Notes: a model not told the origin generated them from the sequence alone. DNA of 32,000 bases from Gemmata obscuriglobus (GCF_008065095.1 NZ_CP042911.1:8760001-8792000), one strand, 5' to 3'. Counted from the first letter of the stretch, positions 1 through 9,129 are shown. Made by a program: numbers and translations.

Positions 1-3000
1 ACCTGGCCGCCGCGCGCGGCCTCGGCCGCCGCCGCCACCTGCGCCGCCGCGCGGTCGATCTCCAGCGGGCGGGTGAACCGCTCCTCGAGCCGGTCCCGGA
101 CGGTGCGGAGCTTCACCCCGTACCGCGCCTCGCGCTCGTTCAGCTCCTTGAGCAGTTCGTCGGCGAGTTCGACCGTCTTCTCCGCGATGAACGTGCGCCA
201 CCGCCCCGCCAGCGCCTCGTAGCCCCGCTGGCACAGGGCCTCGTGGGCCAGCGCGAGCGGCTTCATCCGCCACGCGAACCGGTCGTACCGCACCTTCAGG
301 CGGAGCATGTCCAGCAGGATGTGGATGTTCTCGCCGTAGTCGGACTGCGTCGTCGTGGTGTTGTAGTCCCGGTACTCGTCGTAGTGCTCGATGAGCGCCT
401 GGAGCACCACCTCGGCGCTGCGGGCGGTGCGTGCGCGGTCGAGGGCCTTGGCGTCCCAGTCGGCCACCAGCTTCGGGCGCTTCGCCCCGCGGTCGCCGCT
501 CTCAATCTCGTGGTCGAGCCACGCCGACACGCCGCGCGCCAGAATCCCGCGCATGTTCGACAGCCCCAGGAACGGCACCGTGAACAGGTCGCTGCCGTAC
601 TTGGTCACGAACCCCTTCACCGGCTCCCAGTCGTCGTCGTCCGCGACGGTCTCCAGCACCGAGAGCCGCAGCGACTGGCTGTGCTGGTGCCACAGGTTCT
701 GGAACTCGGTGGCGATTTTGAACAGCGCGTCGGCGAGCGGCCCCTCCTCGCCGGTCGCGTCCGCGTCCCACGTCGCGGCGGTGGCGAGCAGCGTCTCGAC
801 CACCCCCGTCAGCGCGGTGCGGAACAGTTGGTCGAAGCTGCTGACCCGCCGGCCCTCGGGCGGGTTGTTCCACTCCATCTGGCGGGCGATCTTCGTGAGC
901 TGGAACGTCTCGCGCAGCAGGCCCAGCCGCGGCAGCCGCGTGACGAGGTCCTCGAGCACGCTCAGCGCCGTCTGGGCCGCGAGCACCTCGCGGGGGCGGC
1001 CCCCGTCGGACGGCGGGCAGTAGAGCAGCGGCTCGCGCCGGAAGTGCGCCGCGAACCCCGGGAGCATCGCCCGCACGCCGGCTGCGTCCCCGCGCCCGAT
1101 CGCGCGCTCGATGCGCACCAGGAGCCCCTCCCACGCGGGCGGCGGCTCCGGCGCGCCGGCGGGCGGTTGCGCCCCGCTCGCCAGCTCGGGGCCGGTGGGG
1201 CGCACCGCGCTCAGCGCCAGGGCCGCCCGGCGCACGTCCACGCACGCCGCGACGCCCAGGTCGAGCAGGTGCCCCTTGATCGCTCGGCGGCGGTCGAACT
1301 CGATCATCCCCTCGTGCCCGCCGGACGGGTCCGGGACCGTGACCCCGGTGAGCCGGTCGAGGAACAGGGCGAGCGAGTCGTTGGCGCGCCGCGCGGCCGC
1401 GAGCCAGGCGCCGAGGGCCGGGTCGTCGGGCGGCCAGATGTCGGGCCGGGCGGCCCGGCGCCACAGCTTCGCGACCGCGTGCAGGAACCCGAGCCGGGTC
1501 TCAATCGCGTCCGCCTGCGCCTCCAGGCTGAACTCGCCGACGGGCTCCGGCGGGTCGCCCGCCACCGACCCGTCGACCCCGTCGTCGGTCGAGTCCTTGT
1601 AGACCATCCCCTCGTAGGCCGAGCCGAACGGGTCGTCGTCTTCGTCGTCCCCGTCGTCCCGCTCCGGGCGCGCCTCGAGCCACTCGTGGGGGGCGCTCCA
1701 GTCCTCGCCCGCGTTCGCGTCCAGCAGCTCGAAGAACCGCTTGAGGAGGGGGCCGCGGTCGGCCGGGGCGGACGCCAGCACCCCGCGGACCCACCGCTCG
1801 GCGAGCGCCTCGAACGACGCCCCGGGCTCGTCCAGCGGGACCGTGTCGCTCTCCGACAGCCAAGTCATGAGGAGCCCCAGCGCGGCCCGCCACTCCCGCC
1901 GCTCGAGCAGCGGCTCGAGCACCTGGGCGAACGCCGCCGGGCTGGTGAACCCCTCGCGGTGCTGCCGCCAGAACCCGACGTCGTTGGAGCTCGGCTTGCG
2001 CCGCGACCACTCGGCCAGCGCGGACGCCACGTGCTCCGCCGCGTCCGCCCGCTCGCCGCCCACGATCCGGGGCAGGTCGCTCACGGTCGCGGTGGCGAAC
2101 CGGTCCCACCACCCGGCGAAGTCGCGGGTGCGGGCCACGAGCCGCTCGCGGGCGGCCCCGTCGTCGGCCAGCGCCGCCGCCGCGCTCGCCCGCGCGTACA
2201 GCTCGAGCTGGCGGCCGGCGATGTTGATCAGTTCCTCCGCCCGCGGATCGCGGACCGTGTCCTCGCGCCCGGGGAAGATCGGGAACAGCCCCTGGTAGCC
2301 GAGCACGTTCCACGGGTCGATCAGGGCGCCGCAGTCGATCCCGCGCTTCAGCAGGTCCTCGACCTCCGCGAGCAGCGGCGCGGCGGCGGCGGGGCGGTTG
2401 CGGTCGGCCGCGAACCCCGCCTCCGTCTGCCGGATGCGGATCTCGGTGCCGAACCGCACGGCCGGGGCGTCGATCTTGCGCGCCTGCTCGCGGGCCGCCG
2501 CCGGGTACCCCATCGCGGCGTAGAACTGCGCCAGCCGGCGGTCCTGGAGGTGCGCGGCCCGCTGCGTCGAGATCGCCTGGTTCAGGAACTGCCGCACGCC
2601 GGCGAACGGCTGCTTGCGCTTCTCGGCCTCGGCCCGCAGCCGCTCGCCGTGCGCCCCCGGGAGCTGCTTCAGGAGCCGCTGGTAGAACGCGTCCCGGTAC
2701 CGCGCGATGCGCGGGACGAGCCGGGAGAGCGTGACGGTGGAGTCGTGGAAGTTCGGCCCCGCCCCGCTCACCCCCGCACCCATCAGGATGGTGCCGGCGA
2801 GCACCGCCGCCGCCTCGAACAGGCGCTCGCCCTTTTCGGTGCTGCCGGGGGTGACGCCCGGCGTGACCCAGGTGAGCAGGGTGTCCAGGGTCATCTGCCG
2901 CAGCACGAACCGGCGGAAGTACCCGGCGCCGTCGATGGTGTGCGGGTCCCACTCGCCGAACAGCACGTTGGGCCGCTTGTTCACCGGGTGGAAGTGGTCG

Positions 3001-3680
3001 TGCGCCCGCGGGTCGAACGCCAGCTCGTCGAGCCGCTTCGGGTCGAAGCTGGCCTCCTCGAGCAGCGCCGGGTCGGTCTCCTCCAGCAGCTTGAGCGCGG
3101 GCCGGACGATGTCGGCGTAGGCGCCCGGGGCGACCCCGGCGCCGGCCAGGGCCAGCGGCACCGGGCGCACCTTCTCGTGGGGGTAGTACTCGGTGTTCGG
3201 CCGGGTCTCGAGGATCGCGATCGGGCGGTACCCGACGTAGTCGTTGAGCGCGTTGAGCGCGCCGGCGACGACCCGGTCGGGCTCGTCCCACGGGCCGCCC
3301 TGTTTGAGCACCGCCTCGCAGCAGCGGGCGAGGAAGAACGGCCCGAACAGGGTCGCGTCCGGCTGGTGGGCGAGCTGGTCGGCGTGGTGCGCGCGGTACG
3401 CCGCGGGCAGCCGCACGAGCGCGGCGTCGAGCGCGGCGCGGGCCTGGGCGGGGTCGCGGAACGCGGCCGACCCGCCGGCCTCCAAGGCGCCGAGTTCGTG
3501 GGTGAGCCAGGCCATGAGCGTGCGCCACGGCGCCGCGTCCCCGCTCTCGAAGAGGCGGGCCCCGGCGTCGGCGAACCCCTTCTGGAACCGCGGATCCGGT
3601 CGCCCGTCGGAGAAGTTCAGGTAGCCGAGCAGTTTGGCCGGGTCGGTTCTGCGGGACAGTTCGTGAAAGATGCCGTCCAT
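1..3680 (-). CDS. Giant hypothetical protein, C-terminus cut by the window edge (1226 codons visible); no catalytic motif recognised
   Basis: Not in the supplied ORF track because it runs off the left edge. Manual minus-strand reading gives ATG at 3680-3678 (MDGIFHELSRRTDPAKLLGYLNFSDGRPDPRFQKGF...). An in-frame TGA lies upstream at 3701-3699 and AAGGAA lies 10 nt upstream of the ATG. I scanned every plus-strand TCA/TTA/CTA from 1 to 3680 and none is in this frame. Third-position G/C bias is strong. Frame spot-checked at 3-59 (..EIDRAAAQVAAAAEAARGGQ) and 2283-2339 (..IDCGALIDPWNVLGYQGLF..). Confidence 0.8.
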   Translation of the reverse strand, partial: MDGIFHELSRRTDPAKLLGYLNFSDGRPDPRFQKGFADAGARLFESGDAAPWRTLMAWLTHELGALEAGGSAAFRDPAQARAALDAALVRLPAAYRAHHADQLAHQPDATLFGPFFLARCCEAVLKQGGPWDEPDRVVAGALNALNDYVGYRPIAILETRPNTEYYPHEKVRPVPLALAGAGVAPGAYADIVRPALKLLEETDPALLEEASFDPKRLDELAFDPRAHDHFHPVNKRPNVLFGEWDPHTIDGAGYFRRFVLRQMTLDTLLTWVTPGVTPGSTEKGERLFEAAAVLAGTILMGAGVSGAGPNFHDSTVTLSRLVPRIARYRDAFYQRLLKQLPGAHGERLRAEAEKRKQPFAGVRQFLNQAISTQRAAHLQDRRLAQFYAAMGYPAAAREQARKIDAPAVRFGTEIRIRQTEAGFAADRNRPAAAAPLLAEVEDLLKRGIDCGALIDPWNVLGYQGLFPIFPGREDTVRDPRAEELINIAGRQLELYARASAAAALADDGAARERLVARTRDFAGWWDRFATATVSDLPRIVGGERADAAEHVASALAEWSRRKPSSNDVGFWRQHREGFTSPAAFAQVLEPLLERREWRAALGLLMTWLSESDTVPLDEPGASFEALAERWVRGVLASAPADRGPLLKRFFELLDANAGEDWSAPHEWLEARPERDDGDDEDDDPFGSAYEGMVYKDSTDDGVDGSVAGDPPEPVGEFSLEAQADAIETRLGFLHAVAKLWRRAARPDIWPPDDPALGAWLAAARRANDSLALFLDRLTGVTVPDPSGGHEGMIEFDRRRAIKGHLLDLGVAACVDVRRAALALSAVRPTGPELASGAQPPAGAPEPPPAWEGLLVRIERAIGRGDAAGVRAMLPGFAAHFRREPLLYCPPSDGGRPREVLAAQTALSVLEDLVTRLPRLGLLRETFQLTKIARQMEWNNPPEGRRVSSFDQLFRTALTGVVETLLATAATWDADATGEEGPLADALFKIATEFQNLWHQHSQSLRLSVLETVADDDDWEPVKGFVTKYGSDLFTVPFLGLSNMRGILARGVSAWLDHEIESGDRGAKRPKLVADWDAKALDRARTARSAEVVLQALIEHYDEYRDYNTTTTQSDYGENIHILLDMLRLKVRYDRFAWRMKPLALAHEALCQRGYEALAGRWRTFIAEKTVELADELLKELNEREARYGVKLRTVRDRLEERFTRPLEIDRAAAQVAAAAEAARGGQ

Positions 3681-3880
3681 CCGCCGTGCGTTCCTTACTC
3701 AGTCGGGCCGGGGCCAGCGCCCCGGAACTCTACCAGCATAAAACAACATCGCGGGGCGCGAAAGCCCCGAAGCGTGCCAATGTGGCGCCGAGTGGTCCAT
3801 TCTACGCACCGCACGGGCACCCGCGCGGTTCGTCCGGTTCTCCGGCCGAAGCGGGTGCCCGGAACCGGAACCGTGCCCCG

Positions 3881-5245
3881 ATGCGCCTGTCGCTCCGCTA
3901 CCGGCTGCTGCTCCCCCTGGCGCTGCTCCTCGTCGGGGACGCGGCGGCGACCGCGTGGGCGGCGGCGCACGCGGCCCGGCACGCCGAGCGGCAGCTCGCG
4001 CAGCAGCAGTGGGCCATCGTCCGCACCCTCGACGAGCCCCGCAGCACGTTCCCCCTCACCCGGCCCGTGCTGGAGCAGATGCGCGGGTTCTCCGGGGCGC
4101 ACTTCATGTTCGTCCCGGCCGGCGAGCTGCCGCGCGAAACGGTTTCCACGTTCGGCGAGCCGCAACCGCCCCCGACGGGCGTCCCCCGGGCGGTCCCCGC
4201 GACCGCCGCGGACGGCCCGCAGCTCGGGCCGTCCGTGGTGGTCGCGGGGGAGGAGTACCGGTGCCTGCGGGTCGCGCTGCGCGAGCAGCCCCAGCCCCGG
4301 CGCGGGGACCTCTATATTTTTTTCCCCGAATCGTTGCGCCGCTCCGCGGTCGCCGACGCCGTCCGCCCGCTGGTGTTCCTGGGCGGCGCGGGGGTGGTCG
4401 CGGTGGTGCTCGCGTTCGCGTTCGGGTCGCGCCTGGTGCGCCGGGTCCGCGCCCTCGGCGCCCGCACCCGGCCCATCGCGGCGGGCGACTTCCGCCCGGT
4501 GCCTCTGAGCGGCCCCGACGACGAGCTGCGCGACCTCGGCGCCGCCGTCAACGAGATGGCCCGGCGCCTGGCGGCCTTTCAGGAGGAGTTCCAGCGCACC
4601 GAGCGGCTCCAGGTGCTGGGCCAGTTCTCGGGGGGGCTCGCGCACCAGCTCCGCAACGCCGCGGCGGGCGCGAAGCTCGCGGTGGAGCTGTTCCTCGCGG
4701 AGAACCCCGGCGCCGACCCCGAGCCCCTCCGGGTGGCCCTCCGGCAACTGGCCCGCATCGAATCGAACCTGCGCCAGTTCCTCGCGCTCGGGAAGCCGCC
4801 CCAAGCGGAACGCAAGGCGTGCGACCTCGGGGAACTCATCGGCCAGTCCGTGAGCCTGCTGAAGCCCCAGTGCCAGCACGCGGGCACGACCATCGAGTGG
4901 GAGCCGGCCGCCGAGCCGGTGGTCGTGACGGGCGACCCGACGCAGCTCGCGCACCTGTTCGGGAACGTCATCGGGAACGCGGTCGAGGCCGCCGGCCCCG
5001 GCGGGGCGGTGCGCGTCCGACTGACCCGCGCGTCCGGCGCGGCGCGCGTCGAGGTGAGCGACACGGGACCGGGGCCGCCCCCGGCGATTGCGGAGAAGCT
5101 GTTCGACCCGTTCGTGACCGGCAAGGAGCAGGGCATCGGCCTGGGGCTGGCGGTGGCGAAGCAGTCCGCCGACGCGCACGGCGGGCGCGTTGCGTGGGCG
5201 CGGGCGGGCGACCGCACCGTGTTCACGATCGAGTTGCCGGGATAG
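3881..5245 (+). CDS. Membrane sensor histidine kinase (two TM segments, HAMP-like linker, HisKA, HATPase_c)
   Basis: In-frame ATG at 3881 (MRLSLRYRLLLPLALLLVG...) inside track ORF 3686..5245. H-box GGLAHQLRNAAAG; N/G boxes FGNVIGNAVEA, SDTGPGPPP, GIGLGLAVAK. Second TM is LVFLGGAGVVAVVLAFAF, followed by IAAGDF...ELRDLGAAVNEMARRL (HAMP). Confidence 0.9.
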   Translation: MRLSLRYRLLLPLALLLVGDAAATAWAAAHAARHAERQLAQQQWAIVRTLDEPRSTFPLTRPVLEQMRGFSGAHFMFVPAGELPRETVSTFGEPQPPPTGVPRAVPATAADGPQLGPSVVVAGEEYRCLRVALREQPQPRRGDLYIFFPESLRRSAVADAVRPLVFLGGAGVVAVVLAFAFGSRLVRRVRALGARTRPIAAGDFRPVPLSGPDDELRDLGAAVNEMARRLAAFQEEFQRTERLQVLGQFSGGLAHQLRNAAAGAKLAVELFLAENPGADPEPLRVALRQLARIESNLRQFLALGKPPQAERKACDLGELIGQSVSLLKPQCQHAGTTIEWEPAAEPVVVTGDPTQLAHLFGNVIGNAVEAAGPGGAVRVRLTRASGAARVEVSDTGPGPPPAIAEKLFDPFVTGKEQGIGLGLAVAKQSADAHGGRVAWARAGDRTVFTIELPG

Positions 5246-5463
5246 CCCCGCTCCGGCGCGGGCGGAAACGGCTGGCGGTCGCGGCGCCGAACCGCTGGCC
5301 GACTCCGGCTTTCCGGACGGCCCGCGCAGTGCGGCCGGTGGCCCGGAAGCCTTATCGGCCCGCGGTCGCGGCTTACTCTGTCAGCTCCCACCGGCACGGG
5401 AGCCGATACCAGTTGAGTGAGGCGCCCGGTCGCGCCTCGCACCACCACGCAACGAAGGTCCAC

Positions 5464-6681
5464 ATGCTCGCGAGCCGCGTTCAGCACTTCTCCGAGTCCG
5501 TGATCCGCGAGACGAGCCGGATCGCCCAGCGGTACGGGGCCATCAACCTGGGCCAGGGGATGCCCGACTTCGACCCGCCGGACGAAATCAAAGAGGCGGC
5601 GTGCCGCGCCATCCGCGACGGGTTCAATCAGTACGCCGTGACGTGGGGGATCGCGCCGCTCCGGCAGGCGATCGCGGCCAAGATGCGGGCCTTTAACGGG
5701 CTCCCGTGGGCGGACCCCGACGAGCACGTCACGGTGTGCTGCGGCGCGACCGAGTGTATGATGGCCACCATGCTGGCCCTCGTCGACCCGGGCGACGAGG
5801 TGGTGATCTTCCAGCCGTTCTACGAGAACTACGGGCCGGACGCGAAGCTCACCGGGGCCACCCCGAAGTGGGTGCCGCTCCGCGCCCCGGCGTGGAGCGG
5901 CGGTGACGCTCGGGCTTCCGGGCGACCGGCCGCGCGGGACACGTGGGGCTTCGATCCGGACGAGTTGCGGGCGGCGTTCTCCCCGAGAACCAAAGCCGTC
6001 ATCATCAACACCCCGAACAACCCCACGGGCAAGGTGTTCAACCGCGCGGAACTCGAGACGATCGCGGGCCTGTGCCGGGAGTTCGACGCGGTCGCGATTT
6101 CCGACGAGATCTACGAGTACATCAACTTCACCGACCGGCCGCACGTCAGCATCGCCTCGCTGCCCGGCATGGCGGAGCGCACGGTCACGATCAGCGGGCT
6201 GTCGAAGACGTTCAGCGCAACCGGGTGGCGGTTGGGGTACTGCGTCGCGCCGGCGGCGATCACGGCCGGGATTCGCAAGGCCCACGACTTCCTGACGGTC
6301 GGCGCACCGCACCCGCTCCAGGTGGCCGGGGCCGCGGCGCTGGGGCTGCCGCAGTCGTACTTCGACGGGCTCCGGGAGCACTACCGGCACCGCCGCGACC
6401 TGTTCCTGCCGTACCTGGAGCGGGCCGGGTTCGGGGCGCTGCCGCCCGACGGGGCGTACTACGTCATGGCCGATTTCTCCGCGCTGAGCGACCTCGACGA
6501 CGTGTCGTTCGTTCGGCGGATGATCGAAACGGTCGGCGTGGCCGGTGTGCCCGGGAGCAGCTTCCACGACCCGAAGGAGTTAGGCCGGAAGTTGGTCCGG
6601 TTCATGTTCGCCAAGCGCGACGAGACGCTGCACGCGGCCGGCGAACGGTTGCTCGGGCTGCGCGAGAAGCTAACCGATTAA
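5464..6681 (+). CDS. Pyridoxal-phosphate-dependent aminotransferase, class I/II (MalY/YbdL/kynurenine-aminotransferase-like)
   Basis: Real start is ATG 5464 (MLASRVQHFSESVIRE...) inside the 908-aa track ORF, whose N-terminal part is an out-of-frame overlap of the kinase gene. Motifs: INLGQGMPDF, NTPNNPTGKVF, PLP-lysine motif SGLSKTFSATGWRLGY, and RFMFAK near the C-terminus. Confidence 0.9.
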   Translation: MLASRVQHFSESVIRETSRIAQRYGAINLGQGMPDFDPPDEIKEAACRAIRDGFNQYAVTWGIAPLRQAIAAKMRAFNGLPWADPDEHVTVCCGATECMMATMLALVDPGDEVVIFQPFYENYGPDAKLTGATPKWVPLRAPAWSGGDARASGRPAARDTWGFDPDELRAAFSPRTKAVIINTPNNPTGKVFNRAELETIAGLCREFDAVAISDEIYEYINFTDRPHVSIASLPGMAERTVTISGLSKTFSATGWRLGYCVAPAAITAGIRKAHDFLTVGAPHPLQVAGAAALGLPQSYFDGLREHYRHRRDLFLPYLERAGFGALPPDGAYYVMADFSALSDLDDVSFVRRMIETVGVAGVPGSSFHDPKELGRKLVRFMFAKRDETLHAAGERLLGLREKLTD

Positions 6682-6838
6682 CTCCACCGCGGTCGCGCGA
6701 GTTGTCCGCGGAGCGCGGCGCGCGATCGGCCTAAGGGTTAGGCGAAACGCCAACGTAGCAAACGCGTTCGGCAGCCTTGGATTCGCGGCACCTGGCGCGC
6801 GTCGGTCACCTTCACACCGCGCTGGACCAAGTTCGGTA

Positions 6839-7945
6839 TCAGTGCCGGTGCGGTTCCGCTGAGGCGAACCAGCCGCGTGTTCGGTTGCACGCGGCGCACA
6901 CCGACAGCATCACCGGCACCTCGACCAGCACCCCGACCACGGTCGCCAGCGCCGCCCCCGAGCCCGGGCCGTACAACGCGATGGCGGTCGCGACAGCCAG
7001 CTCGAAGAAGTTACTCGCCCCGATCAGCGCACCAGGCGCGGCGATGTTATGCGGCACCTTGAACAACCACATCAGCCCGTAGGCGAGCGACGCGTTACCG
7101 TACACCTGAATCAGGATCGGAACGGCGATCAACGCGACGTGGAGCGGGTGCGCGAGAATGTTATTCGCCTGAAACGCAAAGATGAGCACCAGCGTGCCGA
7201 GCAGGGCCGTCACCGCGAGCGGCTGAAACCGGGGCAGCAGTGTACCCTCGAACCACTCCTTACCGCGTGCCCGAACGAGCGCGACGCGAGCGACCGCGCC
7301 GGCGGCGAGTGGCACCACGATGAACACCGCCACGGCGGTCAGCAGCACCTGAAACGGCACGGCCAACCCGGACACGCCGACCAGCAGCCCGATAACGGGA
7401 GCGAACAGCACCAGCATGACGAGGTCGTTCACCGCCACTTGCACGAGCGTGTATGCCGGGTCACCGTCGGTCAGGTAACTCCACACGAACACCATCGCCG
7501 TACAAGGGGCGGCGGCCAAGATGATGACACCGGCGGTGTACTGCTTCGCCAACTCTTCGCCGATGAGCGGCAGGAACAGCACCTGGAAAAACAGCCACCC
7601 CAGCGCGAACATGCTGAACGGCTTCACCGCCCAGTTCACGAACAGTGTGACGGCCAGCCCCTTCGGCCGGCGGGCGACGCCGGCGAGAGACGAAAAGTCG
7701 ATCTTCATCATCATGGGCACGATCATCAGCCAGATCAGCACCGCGATCGGCGCGTTGATCTGGCTGCCGGACCCGAACTCTAATCCGCGCAGCCCGTCGG
7801 TCACGGCCGGCAGGATGCGCCCCAGCAGCACGCCGACGGCCATGCACAGCACGACCCAAACGGTCAGATAGCGTTCGAACGCGCCGAGCCGCTTCGGGCC
7901 GGCCGCGATAGGCGCCGGCAGGGGGGGCGTTTCCGCAGTCGTCAT
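6839..7945 (-). CDS. acr3: ACR3-family arsenite efflux permease
   Basis: 368-aa polytopic membrane protein. The N-terminal LGAFERYLTVWVVLCMAVGVLLG and the motifs AAAPCTAMVFVW and GASNFFELAVATAI are typical of ACR3. It is the last gene of an arsR-arsC-acr3 string. Confidence 0.92.
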   Translation of the reverse strand: MTTAETPPLPAPIAAGPKRLGAFERYLTVWVVLCMAVGVLLGRILPAVTDGLRGLEFGSGSQINAPIAVLIWLMIVPMMMKIDFSSLAGVARRPKGLAVTLFVNWAVKPFSMFALGWLFFQVLFLPLIGEELAKQYTAGVIILAAAPCTAMVFVWSYLTDGDPAYTLVQVAVNDLVMLVLFAPVIGLLVGVSGLAVPFQVLLTAVAVFIVVPLAAGAVARVALVRARGKEWFEGTLLPRFQPLAVTALLGTLVLIFAFQANNILAHPLHVALIAVPILIQVYGNASLAYGLMWLFKVPHNIAAPGALIGASNFFELAVATAIALYGPGSGAALATVVGVLVEVPVMLSVCAACNRTRGWFASAEPHRH

Positions 7946-8019
7946 GCGTGCTCCGGAGGCGTGCGAAACAAGATCCAGAGTTCAAAGTTGGGGACCGGTT
8001 CCGTCAGCTAGGCAGTGTG

Positions 8020-8415
8020 TCAGAGCGAGGCGAGTAGGTCCTTCACCTTGCGCTCGATGAGGTCGCGAACCTCGCGGTACCGCTCGGGCGGCATCTCCTT
8101 GGGGTCGGGAATCTGCCACTCCTCACGCCGCCCGGCGCGGACGTGCGGGCACTCGTCGCCGCAGCCCATCGTGACGGCCACGTCGATGTTCTGGCCGTTG
8201 AAGTCGGCGAGCGACTTCGAGGTGTGGGTCGTGAGGTCGTACCCGACCTCCTTCATGAACTCGACCGCGCGGGGGTTCACCCGACCCGACGGCCGCGAGC
8301 CGGCGCTGCTCGCCTCCACGCCGGCCCCGCCGTGGAGGCGGGCAAACGCCTCGGCCATCTGGCTGCGGTTGGAGTTCTCCACACACACGAACAGCACACG
8401 CTTCTGCCCCGCCAT
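8020..8415 (-). CDS. arsC: Arsenate reductase ArsC, low-molecular-weight phosphatase (LMW-PTP) family
   Basis: ATG at 8415 (MAGQKRVLFVCVENSNRSQMAEAF...). CX5R(S) P-loop CVENSNRS; downstream Cys pair MGCGDECP; ars context. The track ORF extends to 8502 but the extra N-terminus looks non-coding. Confidence 0.88.
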   Translation of the reverse strand: MAGQKRVLFVCVENSNRSQMAEAFARLHGGAGVEASSAGSRPSGRVNPRAVEFMKEVGYDLTTHTSKSLADFNGQNIDVAVTMGCGDECPHVRAGRREEWQIPDPKEMPPERYREVRDLIERKVKDLLASL

Positions 8416-8574
8416 GACGCCCCCTGCGGAAACAATTATCCCACCTACACACGTCAACCAGTCCATACACCCGCTCACGGCCCCTTGACTGCCGCACGGC
8501 ACCGCCCGGATGCCCGCGTGCTCTCCGCTCAGCCCACGCGCCGCGACGCCCCGTACGTTTCGCGCACGACCGCT

Positions 8575-8982
8575 TCAATCTTCGACACGACACGCCGCCG
8601 AAGCGGCCGAATCGCCACCCTCTTCCATCAGGCAAAGGGCGAGATCCAAAAGAGGGGCGACGCACCCGTTGACCACGCGGTAGAACACGTTGTTACCGTC
8701 CCGACGGGCGGCAATCATGCCTGTGTCGGAGAGCCTGACGAGTTGATTTGAGACCGCCTGCGGCTTCATCCCGAGAGCTTTGGCCAGATCGGTCACGTTG
8801 GCCTCGCCGCTGCGGACGATGTGATGAAGCAAACGGACGCGCGTGTCGTTGCCAAGCAATTTGAACAGCCCCGCCACTTTCACGCCCTGAACGAATGAAA
8901 GAAGGGGCCGGCTCTTCAAGCCAGAACGTGGCGGACAACAATTCTCCGTGACCTCGGTTTTGGTCTGGTGTTTTTGTTGCAA
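8575..8982 (-). CDS. arsR: ArsR/SmtB-family metalloregulator (winged HTH) with a non-canonical Cys arrangement
   Basis: HTH core is FKLLGNDTRVRLLHHIVRSGEANVTDLAKALGMKPQAVSNQLVRLSDTGMIAARRDGNNVFYRV. The start codon at 8982 is TTG, supported by AAGGGGGA 6 nt upstream and a sigma70-like promoter just beyond. An alternative GTG start lies at 8883. Confidence 0.85.
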   Translation of the reverse strand: MQQKHQTKTEVTENCCPPRSGLKSRPLLSFVQGVKVAGLFKLLGNDTRVRLLHHIVRSGEANVTDLAKALGMKPQAVSNQLVRLSDTGMIAARRDGNNVFYRVVNGCVAPLLDLALCLMEEGGDSAASAACRVED

Positions 8983-9004
8983 TTGTGGTCCCCCTTACAC
9001 CCCA

Positions 9005-9034
9005 TTTATACACGACATCGTGTATTGGTGACAA
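9005..9034 (-). promoter_or_regulatory. Sigma70-like ars promoter (TTGTCA-N18-TATAAA on the minus strand) with an embedded palindromic operator ATACACG-N4-CGTGTAT (9008-9025)
   Basis: Read directly. The minus strand reads cccTTGTCAccaatacacgatgtcgtgTATAAAtggggtgtAAGGGGGAccacaaTTG. The perfect 7+7 inverted repeat fills the spacer and overlaps the -10 element, which is the classic position for an ArsR-type repressor. Confidence 0.55.
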
Positions 9035-9129
9035 GGGCATCTTACGGGTTTTGACGCGCTACCTGTTGATCCCACCGCCGTGTATCATCGGAGCGGTTTC
9101 ACCCGCTCGTAACCCCCAGGCGTGTATCA

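Noticed and set aside
4311-4327. AT-rich run CTCTATATTTTTTTCCCC inside the histidine kinase gene (possible slippery site or frameshift)
   Set aside because: The reading frame continues uninterrupted through it (DLYIFFPES), and kinase domains downstream are in the same frame. There is no evidence for recoding.
243-4508. 1421-aa + strand ORF, the longest in the track, plus the 675-aa - ORF 1501..3528
   Set aside because: Both are Arg/Pro/Gly/Ala-dominated low-complexity translations lying antisense or out of frame to the real minus-strand gene (1..3680) and the kinase gene. They are typical shadow ORFs of high-GC DNA, and their third-position bias is wrong for these frames.
5246-5463. Two hairpins (GCTCCC-N8-GGGAGC at 5384-5403; GAGGCGC-N6-GCGCCTC at 5419-5438) in the aminotransferase leader, as a possible riboswitch or attenuator
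   Set aside because: The stems are short and of a kind expected frequently in roughly 70% GC DNA. I recognise no riboswitch core motif and no leader peptide.
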